From Azolla caroliniana (lineage: Eukaryota; Plantae; Polypodiophyta): a stretch of DNA of 64,000 nt. The stretch lies in contig JBHGNT010000013.1 of assembly GCA_043228905.1 (NCBI GenBank), forward strand, positions 9,796,001-9,860,000, read 5' to 3'. Numbering within the stretch: position 1 is the stretch's first letter; each line of letters starts with the position of its first letter. Of the stretch, positions 1 to 12,994 are shown one piece after another. A program made the translations under genes and the position numbers. The notes under the pieces are model-generated. The model made no database searches. It had not been told where the DNA came from and was given only the letters and a program-made list of their open reading frames with translations.

Positions 1-194
1 ATGAAAACAGATGTCTGGTTATGACGCATTTGAAACTTGCAGATCTTTAAGGTGTGATATATATAATTTGACGTAAAACTACTGTATGCACTTGGCGGCT
101 GGAGTATTGGTTTTGTTGTCAGTTTTCCTTTCAGAGGAGAGAGAGGGAGGCCATTCTAACACAGGTGGTTTGGTTTTCATGGATTTAGGTCTTA

Positions 195-3100
195 ATGGAA
201 GACATGGGGGAAGATTGGGATAATTGCTGTCCGTTGTGCATGGAAGAGATGGATTCAACAGACCGGCAACTCAAACCTTGTCGGTGTGGTTATGAGGTAA
301 AAATTTGGCAGTTTTTCCTTAAACCTTCTTCCTAGTTACTTCCCATTGCTAACGATCTTTCTGTTCTAGTTTCAACTGCTTTGTATTGTGATGTATTGTA
401 TCAAGAACATACGAAGGAATTCATGTTTTACTATTATATTTTCTCTATCCTTTTATATTCTTATGCATTATGTTTTCATTATGTTTTACAAAACACTTCC
501 ATTCATTAAAGCCTATAAACTATTTACTACTCTTAGCAAACACAATTCGGAGGATACAAAGTTTAGATGTAATGTTCTTTTCATGTTTCTGTGAATGCAA
601 TGGTTATAGTCTTGATTCATACTGAAGTATAGGGACCATGAACCCACTATCCACAAGCATCTAAATTACTTCTCCCTAACAGATTTGTGTGTGGTGCTGG
701 AATCATATAATGGAAATGGCGGAGAAGGACAATACTGAAGGGCGATGTCCTGCATGTAGGAAGGCTTACAATCGAGAAAAAATAGTGGCTACAGCATCCA
801 AGTATGTCTAATACAAATAAGCACCATTTAAGTGAGGTTTCAGAGGAATTAATAAGTCAATCCTGTACTGATCTATTAAACAGATTATGCTGTTCTGTTC
901 ATACATTTGAATATATTACATCTCACACATAAGTATCTTTCGCATGAACATCCATCAACTTTTTTTTTTTCCTTTGTGATCATAAATGTGTATAATGCAA
1001 GAGTCATAGACATTGTCTTCATCTTCCATGGCTTCTATTTCTCACTTTTGCCTGCATGAGCGACTTGAAATCTTCCCAGTTTAGGACATGCTCTGGAAAG
1101 ATTTTGAACTTTTAATTTGTTTGGAGTTTTTTTGGCCATTTATACTTCTCCGGGGGAAAAAATACTAGCAATATTTGGCATTCTACATCTTGACCTTGGA
1201 TGCTTTGAATCAGGCCGGTAGACATTAATGAGCGAAAACAAAAGTCTGGCAAATCCAAATTAAAATCAGCAGAAGGAAGGAAGAATTTAAGTAATGTCCG
1301 TGTTATCCAGAGAAAGCTTGTTTATGTTGTTGGGATACCAACACCATTTGCGGATGAGGAGGTTTGAAATGCTTTACATTCTGCTGTTAATGCCGTTACT
1401 TTTGATGATTTTTCTATGGTTGATATTCATGTGCATGTCAGACATTGGAGCGTAAAGAGTATTTTGGCCAATATGGAAAAATCCTTAAAATATCCATAGC
1501 AAAGCTGAGTGGAAGCAGTTCTCAGCACTCTTCGTCATCTACAAGTTCTAGTATTGGCGTGTGAGTTTTTCTGTTATCAATGTTGTAGAATGTTTCATGA
1601 TAATTGCAGTAATAGACTATGGTTATATTAACCTCCAAAATATGTAAATATGTAATGTATGTAGATATGTAACATATATGAAAGAGGAAGATGCTCTCCG
1701 GTGTATCGAAGCTGTGAATGGCTGTATTTTGGAAGGAAAGGTCCTAAAGTAAGTCTTATTTTGGATGGTTAGGAAAAGGGGATTGGAGGATTATGTTCTT
1801 TTTGAATCACTAATCGTACTGATTGTTTCTAGGGCTTGTTTTGGAACCACAAAATACTGCAATAGCTGGCTTAAGCACATGGTTTGCTTCTTTACCTTGT
1901 GAAAGTGCTGTATTACCATATTCTCTGGGTTAGACATTTGGTTTGCTGACTGTTTTTTTCTGCAGCCTTGCAGTAATCCAGAATGCTTATATTTACATGA
2001 TGAAGGTACTCGTGAAGACTCGTTTACAAAAGAGGAGATGCTTGCGAAATATGGAAGGTATTTACATTGTGGTTGAAACATTGGTGGATATTCATTACTT
2101 GATGGACATGATTTGATTGAGGGAACATGACATGATTCAGAGGTCTAGATGATGACTGAACAGGAAAATTATTTTATAGTACCTAATATTACATTTATTC
2201 ATAAACTGATTACATAAGATCATTGATACAATCAATGAAGGGACATGACTCCCAAAACTATCGAAATGGTCTAGGTAATCCCGAAAGTATGCAGTTATGT
2301 GTTATTCATAGATTTATTAAGCAAGTGAAAGCAAGTCTTCATGGGGATTTGTTTCTGGGAGGAAGCTTACATCGTAGAGAAGGTAAAATTTTCCATGACC
2401 AGATATCACATTTACTCACAATCTGGTGTCATCACCATTGATTGCATCAATGAAGGAATTTGTAATCCAATGTGTTGAGACATTCTAGTTAAGTCTGGAA
2501 AATAAATGCAGGACTTAACCGTGAGGATGTTTTGCTTGGAAAAGATTACATCCTACAGAAAAGGAGTGACACTATCAATGAAGGGTTAGACATTTATTAA
2601 AGGCTCACTATAGATTGAGCTCACCTGAAGGATCAGGACTGGCTTTTTAAAAATGGTTACATATCTGAGAGAGTACATTTGTACAATAACATTGCATGTA
2701 TTTTGATACGAGTGGCATTGATTGGATTCCATAAGTAAAGGGATTTTACAGCCAACTATGTGGAATTGGTGTAGCAGATCTGGAATGGTTTAGGCTTATT
2801 CTTAGTTTTATTAAGCAAATAAAAGCAAGCCTAGGTTCTCTGTGAGGATTTTTCCTTGAAAATAATACACATGTGAGAGTAGATTTTTATGCTATATAAC
2901 ATTGCATTTACTCACAAACTGGTGTTAGGAGTATTGATACAATCAATAAAATGTAGAAACAGTGTAGGAGACCTAGAAAACTCTCAATTAGACTTTTTTA
3001 TAGAGTACTAACCAAACAAAAGCAATCCTAAAAATCACTACCGTGGGATTTGTTTTCTTGGAAAAAGTAACGTCTTAGAGAAGGCATTTTTCCTCTACAA

Positions 3101-6100
3101 GGGACAGAAGGACTTGAATGTGTTTATTTGAAGCAAGTAAATATGCTGTCCTCACCTTGGAAACGAGTTGTTTAACTTAGATGTGTAAGCTTTTAGCAAG
3201 AAACCTTACTCATAAGTTTCTTAACCAAGCAAATAAAAACAAACATAGGATTCACTGTGAAGATTTTCTGGAGAACTGTTACATCTTAGAGAAGGTATTT
3301 TTCTCACTCCCACAATTGACAAGATGGCTAAGATGAAAGTGTGTGTATATCTATATATCTATGTATCTACTATCTATATATATGCACCAGAAATATGTGA
3401 AAATGCACCAAAGAAACAGGGCAACTCGAAATCGTGGTCAACAAGGAATGTCTTCAGAAACCAGAACATGACCAATGGGAACAAAAAATGCAGAATATTA
3501 TTTTTCCTGTCAAAACAGGTATAGATCCTATGGGGTTGGATATTCTCGGAGATGGTTGAGGGTTTGGGAGCTTGGAAATCTTTATGGAGAATCACATATT
3601 TGTCTCATTGTGGGCTTGGTGTATCTCTGGGAACGACTCGTTCTTTCTTACATTGGTTGGTGTGGGGTTTTTCCACTATTCATTGCTTGGTCTCTGTGAT
3701 GACGTAGATTTGGTGTGTAGGAACTTAATTCAGTCTTCTTTGTTCACAAAGAAAATGATGTGCTGGTTAAAGTGTTCTCCTGGTGGAGACATTTCATTTT
3801 CTGTTATATCCGTGGGAGCTTCTCAACTTTGTGTTACATTGGTGGGATTTTCTACTATCCATTGGTTGGTCTCGTTGATGACACGAGATTGGTGATTCAG
3901 AACTTAATTCTGTTATCCTTGTTCACAAAGAAAGCGATGCTTTGGCTAAAGTGCACTCTTAGAGGAGATGTTTCATTTTGTTACTCATGATGTATAACTA
4001 TTGCCTATGGTGCTGGATAGAGACCTCATTTGAGGAGATTTCACATCTATCTAGTCACATGTGAAGGCATCAGCAATGGGTGGCAACAGTCTGATGCATA
4101 TCTTGAGGGTGTTCTTTTTGCGACGATGCTCACGATCCTTGTCCTTTACATACTTTGGTGATTTGACGGTGACCTCAATAGCTACTAAAGGTTTGTGTAT
4201 CCAGTCTTTTGTCTACACATTTGCCACCGTCATGATGGGAAGCATTTCCTTGGTGTTAAATCAGTTGCCGAATTCACTGAGACTGGCCTTGAGTTTCTGA
4301 TTCTGTGCTCATGTTGCTTGTGTCGAAGAAACTCAATGTGATCTTGCTTGGTTGGAATGTGGTTGATTAATGTATTTTGGGAGGCCATTTTCTTTTGGGT
4401 GGTTGGGAAGCCAACCCCATGAAGAGAACGTAACAAGTTCTTGTCTATAAGGAGTGTGATGAAGTGTCTAATAACAAGAAAGGTAAAGACACTAAGCCTA
4501 ACATCGAATAGAATACTTCTATGGGTCATATAATGTGTTTTATATCATTGCCTTAACTTTATTATCCAGCTTCTTGTTGTGATAAAGTTCATGAGAGTCC
4601 TATGTTAGGTAATAGGCACCAAGATAATTGAGAGTCTTTTGAGAGTTGTTAATTATCTCAAGAAGACTCACATTGGTCTCTCTAGAATAACGTCAATATA
4701 ATAAGTTGACTAGGCAAGGTTGTACACTGCCTTGATGTTCAAAACTCTGAATCTACTGACCCTATCACGAACTATAAACAAAGAGCTGTGTAGTTGAGAG
4801 AGAATGACAGAAAATAAAGATTAATTAACTCTCTGGTAGATGCGGAGTTTCTCCTGTGAGACATTATGATTACAGATATGAATAGTCTTATGTGATAAAG
4901 ATCAGAATTATTGGCTTGCAAAGCAAATAATGATAACAAAATGAATAAATTTTCTTTATCTATACGGCGCAAAGGAAGTTTTGGGTTTCCTAGAGATCAA
5001 TGTTAAAGGTATTCATAAATTAGCAGTTTACAATTAGTGATTATATCTTGATGCGTTTTGCAAGTACAAAATTTGTTCCTCTTTTTGTGTTTCTATGGGG
5101 CTGTTGGAATAAATTTACAATCTGGAATGTGTTTTCCTGAAGCTCACAATTCGCAAGGTAAAATTCGTGGAATTTCAGCTGATAAGGTGCTCACTAGAGC
5201 AAACGTGTGAATCAAATGTTTAGAGAATGAGTTGTGTCTCGAATATTTGGGCCATATTTGTAAATTTAAGAAAGGATTGGCCTAAAATTAAGAAAAACTA
5301 TTTGCATATTTCCAAGCTCTTCCTCCAACCATCGTGTTTACTTCTATGATTTCCACTTGAATAAATCCTGGCGATTCGACGCAACAACGTTTATCTTTGA
5401 TTCCCATTCTTGAGTGAAATCATACCAGCAGTTTGACAAGTTTCCTTCATTAGCAGTTCAGTGCAATAGCCTATTGTGGATCTTATTACCGAGGATGAAT
5501 TGGCTCCTTGGCATGGGCCCATCTTCTCATGCTTTTTGCTAGACATGTAGCTGCTTTGTGACTTTCGTGCTCTACATTAATCATTACATTCACCAATTAT
5601 AAAGAATAGGAAAAGATTGATGTTCTGAAAGACCAAATCTATATGAGGCTCAACAAAGCTTATAACTCTTTATGTTTAACTCAGTAAATGTCTTTCTACT
5701 TTATATTCCCAAAACAATATGGCTTGGAATGTAATCATGAGTAGTAACCAACAATAGGGTTTGGTTCCTGATCATTGGAACTGAAATCACCCTCTGTAAG
5801 TATCTGATATGTAAGGTTTATTTACAAAGCCATATGTTTGTCTTTTTGAAATGAAATGGTCATTCTAAAACCTGGAGCTGCAAAGTGCTTTTTGTAACTT
5901 TAAGCCACAGTTTTTGGAATAAATGGATGGGGATTTCCTACATTTCATCTGTAACTGACAAAAACTGCACGAATTGTCAATTTGGTTGAAACATGTACCT
6001 TATGAATGGTTCAGTATGACACAATTTACCAAGTGTTGGTGAACATAGCTTTTGTGTTCAATTGAAAGTCGTGTAAATTAAATTACCCATCAAATTAAAT

Positions 6101-9100
6101 TTCGGTTTCTTGAACCATCATCTCTTAAACTGCAGCAAAAATCAATATTTCCATGAGCTTACACATCCACCTTTGTTGCGTTCTGGAGTTGGTTTACCTC
6201 CTCCAATGGAAGCCAGTTCGTTACCATCAACATCTGGAACACTGACATCTTCATCTGTAGCCCCTACATCTGTAAGTTTCATGATATGAATTTTAACACA
6301 GAAGACAATTGCAGGGCACTATATGATTCACATAATAATTCCGAATTGAATTTTATTTGACTTTAATTATGTTTTCCTGAACATTCTTCAGCATACATCA
6401 TCTACACCAGGGTATTTACCAAAATCATCAATGGTTGGAAGTGCTGGAAAATCTAGCAGTTTGCCTGCTGCAGCATCATGGTACAATCATACATTTGTCC
6501 TATATTATTACTAGAGCTAATGAAGTTTATGAGTATATGACACTGCTAGATGTAAATGCTTCTGTTCATAAAAACTATTTTCCTTGTGTTGTGAATATGA
6601 CCTTGACAAAGTCCATGAGTTCATATTACTCTCATAGATTATTTTTAGTAGCTTGAAGGGCCAAAATTTGAACTTTGTAGTTAAAGCGTTGGATGATATT
6701 CTTAGGTGTGTTCAAGCACCACTTGTGTGTGGAATTTCTATGTCAGATTGATGTGTATTTAGGACAACTATGTGCAGTTTTTGTTGTACAAAGTGGTACA
6801 TTACTAGTTTGCAAAACATTTGAACATGATCTTGTGTACTTGTGAGTGTCATAAATCTACTTCAAATCAACGTTAAAATGTCTGTTTGTTTTATCTATGA
6901 CAACATAATGCTCAACTCCTTTAAATGGCAAATAACCCTTGGTTGAGGCTGCTTCAATATGTAAATCCTAGATATATCTGTGTGCATGATAAGACAAATA
7001 GAATACAAAATATCTGTAGATAATGGAATGATAGCTTGAAAATTCTGGTGGGATCTGAAGAAATGGCAGATGTGAAATTTTTCCTAAACAGGCACGTGTG
7101 CAATTGTTTTCTCAACTGACCAGAGTGATTTTTCTGGTCTCATATGTGAGTTCCGAGTTCCATTAAGGGCTTATGGAAGAAATTTACGCTAAATTAAAAA
7201 CAATTTTACTCTATTTAGCATGTAGGTAGTGTGATTTGGTCAAATTTGACATAAATGCAGATTTTCCAAAACTGAGTTTTGGAACTTGGTTTGTGACTAG
7301 CTGTTCACTGTGTTGCATCTCATCTCAATCACATGTACACACCATTTGTAATACAGAATATTCTGGTCTAATGGAGGGATGTGTATGTGTTTACATGTCT
7401 TACAATGTTCTTAATTTGTAGAATTTTCTTCCTATATCAATGTGCTTACCTGTACCCTTCCTAATGGAGGAAATTTACTCTAAATTAAAAACATTTTTAC
7501 TCTATTTTGCATGTAGGTAGTGTGATTTGGTCAAATTGACATAAATTCAGATTTTCCAAAACTGAGTTTTGGAACTTGGTTTGTGATTACCTGTTCTATA
7601 TGTTCCCTGTGTGGCATCTCATCTCAATCATATGTATACACAATTTGTAATACAGAATATTCTGGTCTAATGGAGGGATGTGTATGTGTTTACATGCATG
7701 CAGTCTTAAAATGTTTTTAATTTGCAGAATATTCTTCCTATATCAATGCAGTCACTGTTGTACTTGTGTAGTATTTTTCTTTGTGACTGATTTTCTTGTT
7801 ATGGAAAATATGAAATGCAGGGGATCACGTTCCAACATCTCATCATCCCGACTCACTTCTGCAGGAAAGAGTGGTGTTGGTATTGCCACTATGAAGCCGA
7901 AAGCAGGTGTAGGAATGCTTACGGCAACAAACTCATCTCTATTGACAGTTCCTGGAAAATATGGAAGTGGACAGCCTATCCAGATACCATATATTAACAA
8001 CCATGGTGGGGTAAAATCCAATGACACCGATGAAGCTCAAACAGTTGCACCAATGCAGTTAGCAAGCAGTCATTCTGCTGGAAATTTCGAAACCAAAAAT
8101 TGTCTTCCTGATTTAGACACTTCAAATATTGATATAGAGTTCCCAATGCCTGTATCAAACATGGTAGCTTCTCATAGCAGGAAATTTAGCGGTTTAGATA
8201 TCAATGATCTAAATGATATTCGAGAAGAATCAAAATTGGATTCTTCCTCCAATTCTGTTTGTGATCAAATTTCTGATTCTCAGGATAATGACATGAGGGC
8301 AATTGCTCTCATAGAGAGAGAGACATCTCAGGTAACAACTGTACATGAGAATTGTGCTAGTTCTGCGGGAGCTGTGATTCTCAATAATAATTCATCTACA
8401 AACATTGAAGTTATGATAGAGACAAACGTTTCACCATATGGTAGCCCAAACATATCTAGCCAGTTGCATTCTGATGCTGAAACATCAAATCATATCTCAG
8501 AAAATGGTTTGAGACTGGAGATGGACAACTGCGAGTTGCATCCTGACACTCATGATACTTGCCTGGAAAGCAGTGTCCACACATTTCAAGCATCTTCAAC
8601 TGGTGGTGGTAATTGCGATCAGGACTCTATAAATTTACTAAATACTCAAATTGAAGAAAAATCAACCTTTCAGAAAAGAGTGCTTCCTGAAGATTCATGC
8701 TTGGATTCTGCTACTAGGGAGCACTTATCTATGCTCATGAAAGATGACAAGAAGCTTCTGTCTAGAAACTCTTTGTGTGTGGAAGACAAATTAGGAAATT
8801 TACCAAGGCATCGAGTATCAGAAAAGGTAATAAATGGTCTCATGGAGCATGAGCTCATAACTGACATGTTTGCAACTGGGTTTGACCTGTGGACCGATGG
8901 TAATCCACAAGATCTAGCTCAACTCTTGTTCAATGGGAAAAATGTAGAGCCTCCTCCTGAAATACATTTACAGGAAACATTTCCATCATGGAAGCCTTCT
9001 GGTACTGGACAGTCAAGGTTCCGTTTTGCTAGGCAAGATGATGCAACTGCAGAGGTCCTCACAGATAATGTTGATTTTCAAGTGATGGAAAATGCACAAT

Positions 9101-10299
9101 ATCACAGATTATTAAATAGCAGTGTTTCAAACACTTCAGATGTCTTTTCCACTGGTGAATCATTTCAAAACAAGGTTCTGTATTCAGGAGAATCTAGTAA
9201 GAACAGTCTCAGCTTAAAACTTATGTTTGTGATTTATAAAAACCTTTTTGCTTGTTCTGTTTCTGCTAGCTCATGTCTTGACTTCTGATACAGTGCAATC
9301 CTCATTGTCAAACTCCAGGAGTACTGTTAGTGCTCCTCCTGGATTTTCAGCTATCAGAGCATCAGCAGTTCCACCTCCTGGTTTTTCTCAAAATAGCAGA
9401 TCAATGGATTCAAGAAAACTTCCAGGTGCAGTATTGCAAGTTCCTCCAGTTTTTTTTCTTATTGAAATCAATACATTCACATAATTGTTCTTTTGCAGAA
9501 TCCAGTCAAGATCCATCTCGACTGGTGGATGTGTCTAGCATTTATAGTCAATCTGAATCTATTAACAATAGTACACATGATGTTGAATTCATAGATCCTG
9601 CAATCATGGCTGTTGGAAGAGGGAAGTTGCAACCTGTCACAAGGTCAACTATGCCCTTTATAGGTAGTTCCTCACTGCAGACCTCCATTTCCCAAGCAAC
9701 TCCTTTGTCACAGCAGGCTAGATTGATTGATTATGATTCAAGTTGTCAACCTAATCATGAAGGTACATATATAAACTATGGCAGCATGAATTCCACCTCC
9801 CAGACTGGATACTTAAATCAGGACCATGATTCGTTGTTACCATCTTTGTTCCATTCATCTCTCAATGAGTCTATTAATCACCAAAGGTTATCAGGGCAAT
9901 ATCATAATGCAACCTTTCAACGCAGTATACAAGATTCTGTTTATGGCAATGGCACAACCAAAACCAGGTTCCAGCCTACCTTTTGGGAGGATTGGAACAT
10001 AATTCCGGAGGTTAATTCCACAGGGCAACAGTCAGTCAATATGGTTGGGAAATCAGCTGTGCCTCACATGTCTCTGGATAGAGTTCCTCAAAGTCTCTTA
10101 GAAGAATTATCACGGAACAAGGTAGTAATGAAGCTTTTGATGTAATAGCTGCATCCGAATATTTGAATTGATTGATTGCTAATTACTTTATTTGTAGGAA
10201 TTGCGGTCAAGATATTTTGCAGATACAAGCTTTCACGATGATCAGGGACCATCCAGAGTTGGCCCATTTAGCAGTACTAGAGGACAATATTATCTCTAA
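195..10299 (+). CDS. NOT4: CCR4-NOT subunit NOT4/CNOT4-like E3 ubiquitin ligase (C4C4 RING, RRM, CCCH zinc finger, long low-complexity C-terminus). Predicted exons: 195-296, 683-801, 1214-1361, 1442-1560, 1665-1748, 1833-1881, 1966-2057, 6136-6271, 6392-6480, 7821-9196, 9294-9425, 9499-10121, 10198-10299
   Basis: Spliced translation gives MEDMGEDWDNCCPLCMEEMDSTDRQLKPCRCGYE/ICVWCWNHIMEMAEKDNTEGRCPACRK (RING), NVRVIQRKLVYVVGIP..YFGQYGKILKI..VYVTYMKEEDALRCI..KACFGTTKYC (RRM) and CNSWLKHMPCSNPECLYLH. It also has plant-NOT4 motifs RSGxxLPPP, LPAAASW, QSRFRFARQD, APPGFS and DPAIMAVGRG. All junctions are GT-AG and phase-compatible. The donor at 9196 (alternative near 9154) and the last exon are less certain. 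Confidence 0.93.
2230..3320. repeat. Degenerate tandem repeat in NOT4 intron 7 (at least 4-6 recognisable units)
   Basis: The block (tta)agcaaataaaagcaag..gtgaggatttt..cttggaaa..ttacatcttagagaaggtattttt recurs near 2315, 2520, 2810, 3010 and 3225, with many substitutions. Confidence 0.55.
3645..3990. repeat. Two diverged ~190-bp direct repeats in NOT4 intron 7
   Basis: ttacattggt..ggtctc..gatgac..agatttggtg..gaacttaattc..ttgttcacaaagaaa..gatg..tgg.taaagtg..ggaga..tttcatttt occurs at ~3647 and ~3834. Confidence 0.65.
7173..7749. repeat. ~290-bp tandem duplication in NOT4 intron 9
   Basis: atgga.ga.aatttac..taaattaaaaa..gcatgtaggtagtgtgatttggtcaaa..cagattttccaaaactgagttttggaacttggtttgtga..gaatattctggtctaatggagggatgtgtatgtgtttacatg is present at ~7173 and ~7464. 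Confidence 0.9.
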
Positions 10300-12994
10300 A
10301 ACGGATGTTTGACCTCTTATCATGACATGTCGTGCATTTGCAAATTTCCAGAATTATGAATGATTTGTGACTGACTACTTGGTGAAGTTACAGAACTGAT
10401 GACATGCCATTTTGGTCTTCTGCATTGAACAAGGCTAGTGTGGATGATGGCTTTTTGAACAGCATAAATTCCTTACTATTATACAAGTGCCATAACCTTG
10501 CTTTGTGACACCAAATGTGGTCAAGTATCAGTATCAGGATATTAGTGGTATACTGCTATATCATGCATTGTGAAGAAGCATGGAAATATGCTCTTCTTTT
10601 CAGCTTGGTCTGTGAGCTTTAGCACTTGTTGTGGAGCAAATTATGAAAAAATTACTATAGCTTGATGGCAACTTGACAGTAGGCGCCAGCAGTTTACAAA
10701 GTTCAGAGAATGCAACTGATCAAGAAAAGAGTTCGTCTGTTGATGGAACTGAACAGTAATGGTAGGTGCAGAGAATGATGTCAGTGCAAACGAAATGTTT
10801 TCATTGCTCCTTATCTTGACCCAAGCATGATGTGAAACATGATTGCACAGGTCTGTCATAAAATATTTTGCACTGATGAGCTATTGCTTCTAGGAGCTCA
10901 TTCGTAAATTCTCTGATGTATGGAATACAGTTACCGATCTGCAGTGATCTTACAAGAAAATTCAGTTAGTCAATATACATACCAAAGTCTGTCACGTTCA
11001 GTTAGTCAACATACAAACCAAAGTCGTGTCACATGTGAGGTTCGAAATTCTTGTGCTTGTCTGTGCACCAAAACAATGACTGCCCATGAAGGCAATTCTT
11101 TGCTGGAATGGTCCTTATTTTGTTTTTATTTTATTTTATTATACAAGCTAAAAATCTATTTACCTGAAAAGTGATACTTTTGGATGATCTGCTTGCTGAT
11201 CTTTCAATTTTGGCATGACAGGATTATTGCATCATTTTGCGGTGAAATTAATAGAGACCTCAGAGTGATTCAAAATCTGTTCAGAAATTTGGTTTATTTG
11301 CTTCATGTATGTCATATATTCTTTTCTTGGTGAACATAAAATCTCTTTGAATATATGAAGTGGGTAAAGCCATTTGCTGCTGTATCTACATTTGTACATC
11401 TCCTGGCAAGAGAATAACCCTCATGTGCTGCTTATTCACTGTGAAGTGGCTGAACTGTTGTATCATTTGGTGATTGATCCACTAATTATGTATTTATAAG
11501 TTAACATATGCTAGTAAATCCAGAAGGAAAAATCAGTACCTGATTGATATTTTGTTACTACCTGACAGTTAATAGCCAATTCAATCTTCAACAATCTGTT
11601 TTAAGTAGGGTGATATCTGCACTTGTTACTAATTCCTCTTCATGGGCTCTTGGTTGTTTATAATTGGTATGATGTATTTGAATCATCCATCTGCATGCTT
11701 GTTGAGTTTTTGATTTCAGGAATATTACTTTGCAGGATCAATTGTTAACATCCTACCTATTTCTTAATTAACACTACCTGTTTGCTCCACAGTACAAATA
11801 TCTCTTTAAAAGTGAACATGTATGTAGTATAGAGATTGAAGGTTAAGTTTGAGCCCTACATGATTTTTCATTTCAAACGTGCTGAATGAAGACTGTCATA
11901 CTTTGTGAGATCATGGTGTGCATGCCCTTTAGTGTCAGGAAGTAGGTTTTTATTATGGGACATCATCTATAGTGATTCTGGAAAGACCTGCATTACATTG
12001 TATGCATTCTGTGTGCATAGAATTCCCTTGATGCCTGTTATAAAGTATTATTCTGGTCTTACAACAGGCAGTTCAACTAAATATTAACTAGTTAATGGTT
12101 AAACACATTGTTTTCTAAGTTCAACAAGCATACATGATGGGTACAAAGACAAGTTTTGTTGAGTTTATGGTACAAATTGTTTTCTAAGTCAATTTTCATT
12201 GACAACAATTTTGCATGTTTAACAAATTCGACATCAATCAATATCTATGCATTTGCTATGTTTCCTCTGATATGTCCAAGCAGTATGGTTATAAATGCAA
12301 GTCTATGATTAATATATCCCTACATCCAGTGCGTGTAAGAGATTTAGCCAATATGTCGTAAACTACCAGCACAACTGCCATCAATCACACAATCTAATCT
12401 ACTAGAGAGTTAGACATGGACTTTCGTTATTTGGTTCAATCAGAACACCAGCTAGCAAGGCTAGTGTTTTCTAGCTTTTGATGAGTCTCCAAGCCAAATG
12501 TGTGGACATTATAAGTTTCTGACCCATATGCTTGCTCATGTAATGGATAATGTGATAACAAAGTTTCATCTAGTTATGGAAATTCTAACTGAATCTTTTA
12601 ATGTCCGGAGACTGAATTACAATGGTAGAACTACGAGTCCCAAATCTCCAGCATTTCATTATCTTTTATTCCATAGCAAAATTATTTGACATTAGGATCA
12701 AAAGCCTTTTTAAAAGGATGCTTGAAGCCGAGAGAGCTTGGAAATAAAAGATAGGCTTCGTTCGATTAAAGTCATTTATACACATCTCAAGCAAGTATTT
12801 CTAAACTCCAGTTCAACTTGTCCAAGTCCTGTTTAAAACATCAGCTCTCTCGGTACCCTGAATTAGCGGTTCAGCTTTATTGTTGAAATGTAACCACAAA
12901 GAAAACATTGCCACCTTGTCAGGTTTTACAACAGGCTAAATTCTGCAACATCCAGCTATTTAATCATCTGAGAAGTTTCTTAACTCATTCTTCC

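Noticed and set aside
4000-5600. Possible LINE or other TE relic in NOT4 intron 7
   Set aside because: Coding-like composition, but no recognisable domain motif, termini or TSD.
7678-7820. ORF-track N-terminus MCMCLHAC.. of the 536-aa ORF, and the GTG start of the 759-aa ORF at 17980
   Set aside because: Both are intronic read-ins; the real exons begin at acceptors 7821 and 17949.
10300-12990. Short ORFs between the two convergent genes
   Set aside because: AT-rich UTR/intergenic sequence with no motifs or coherent exon chain.
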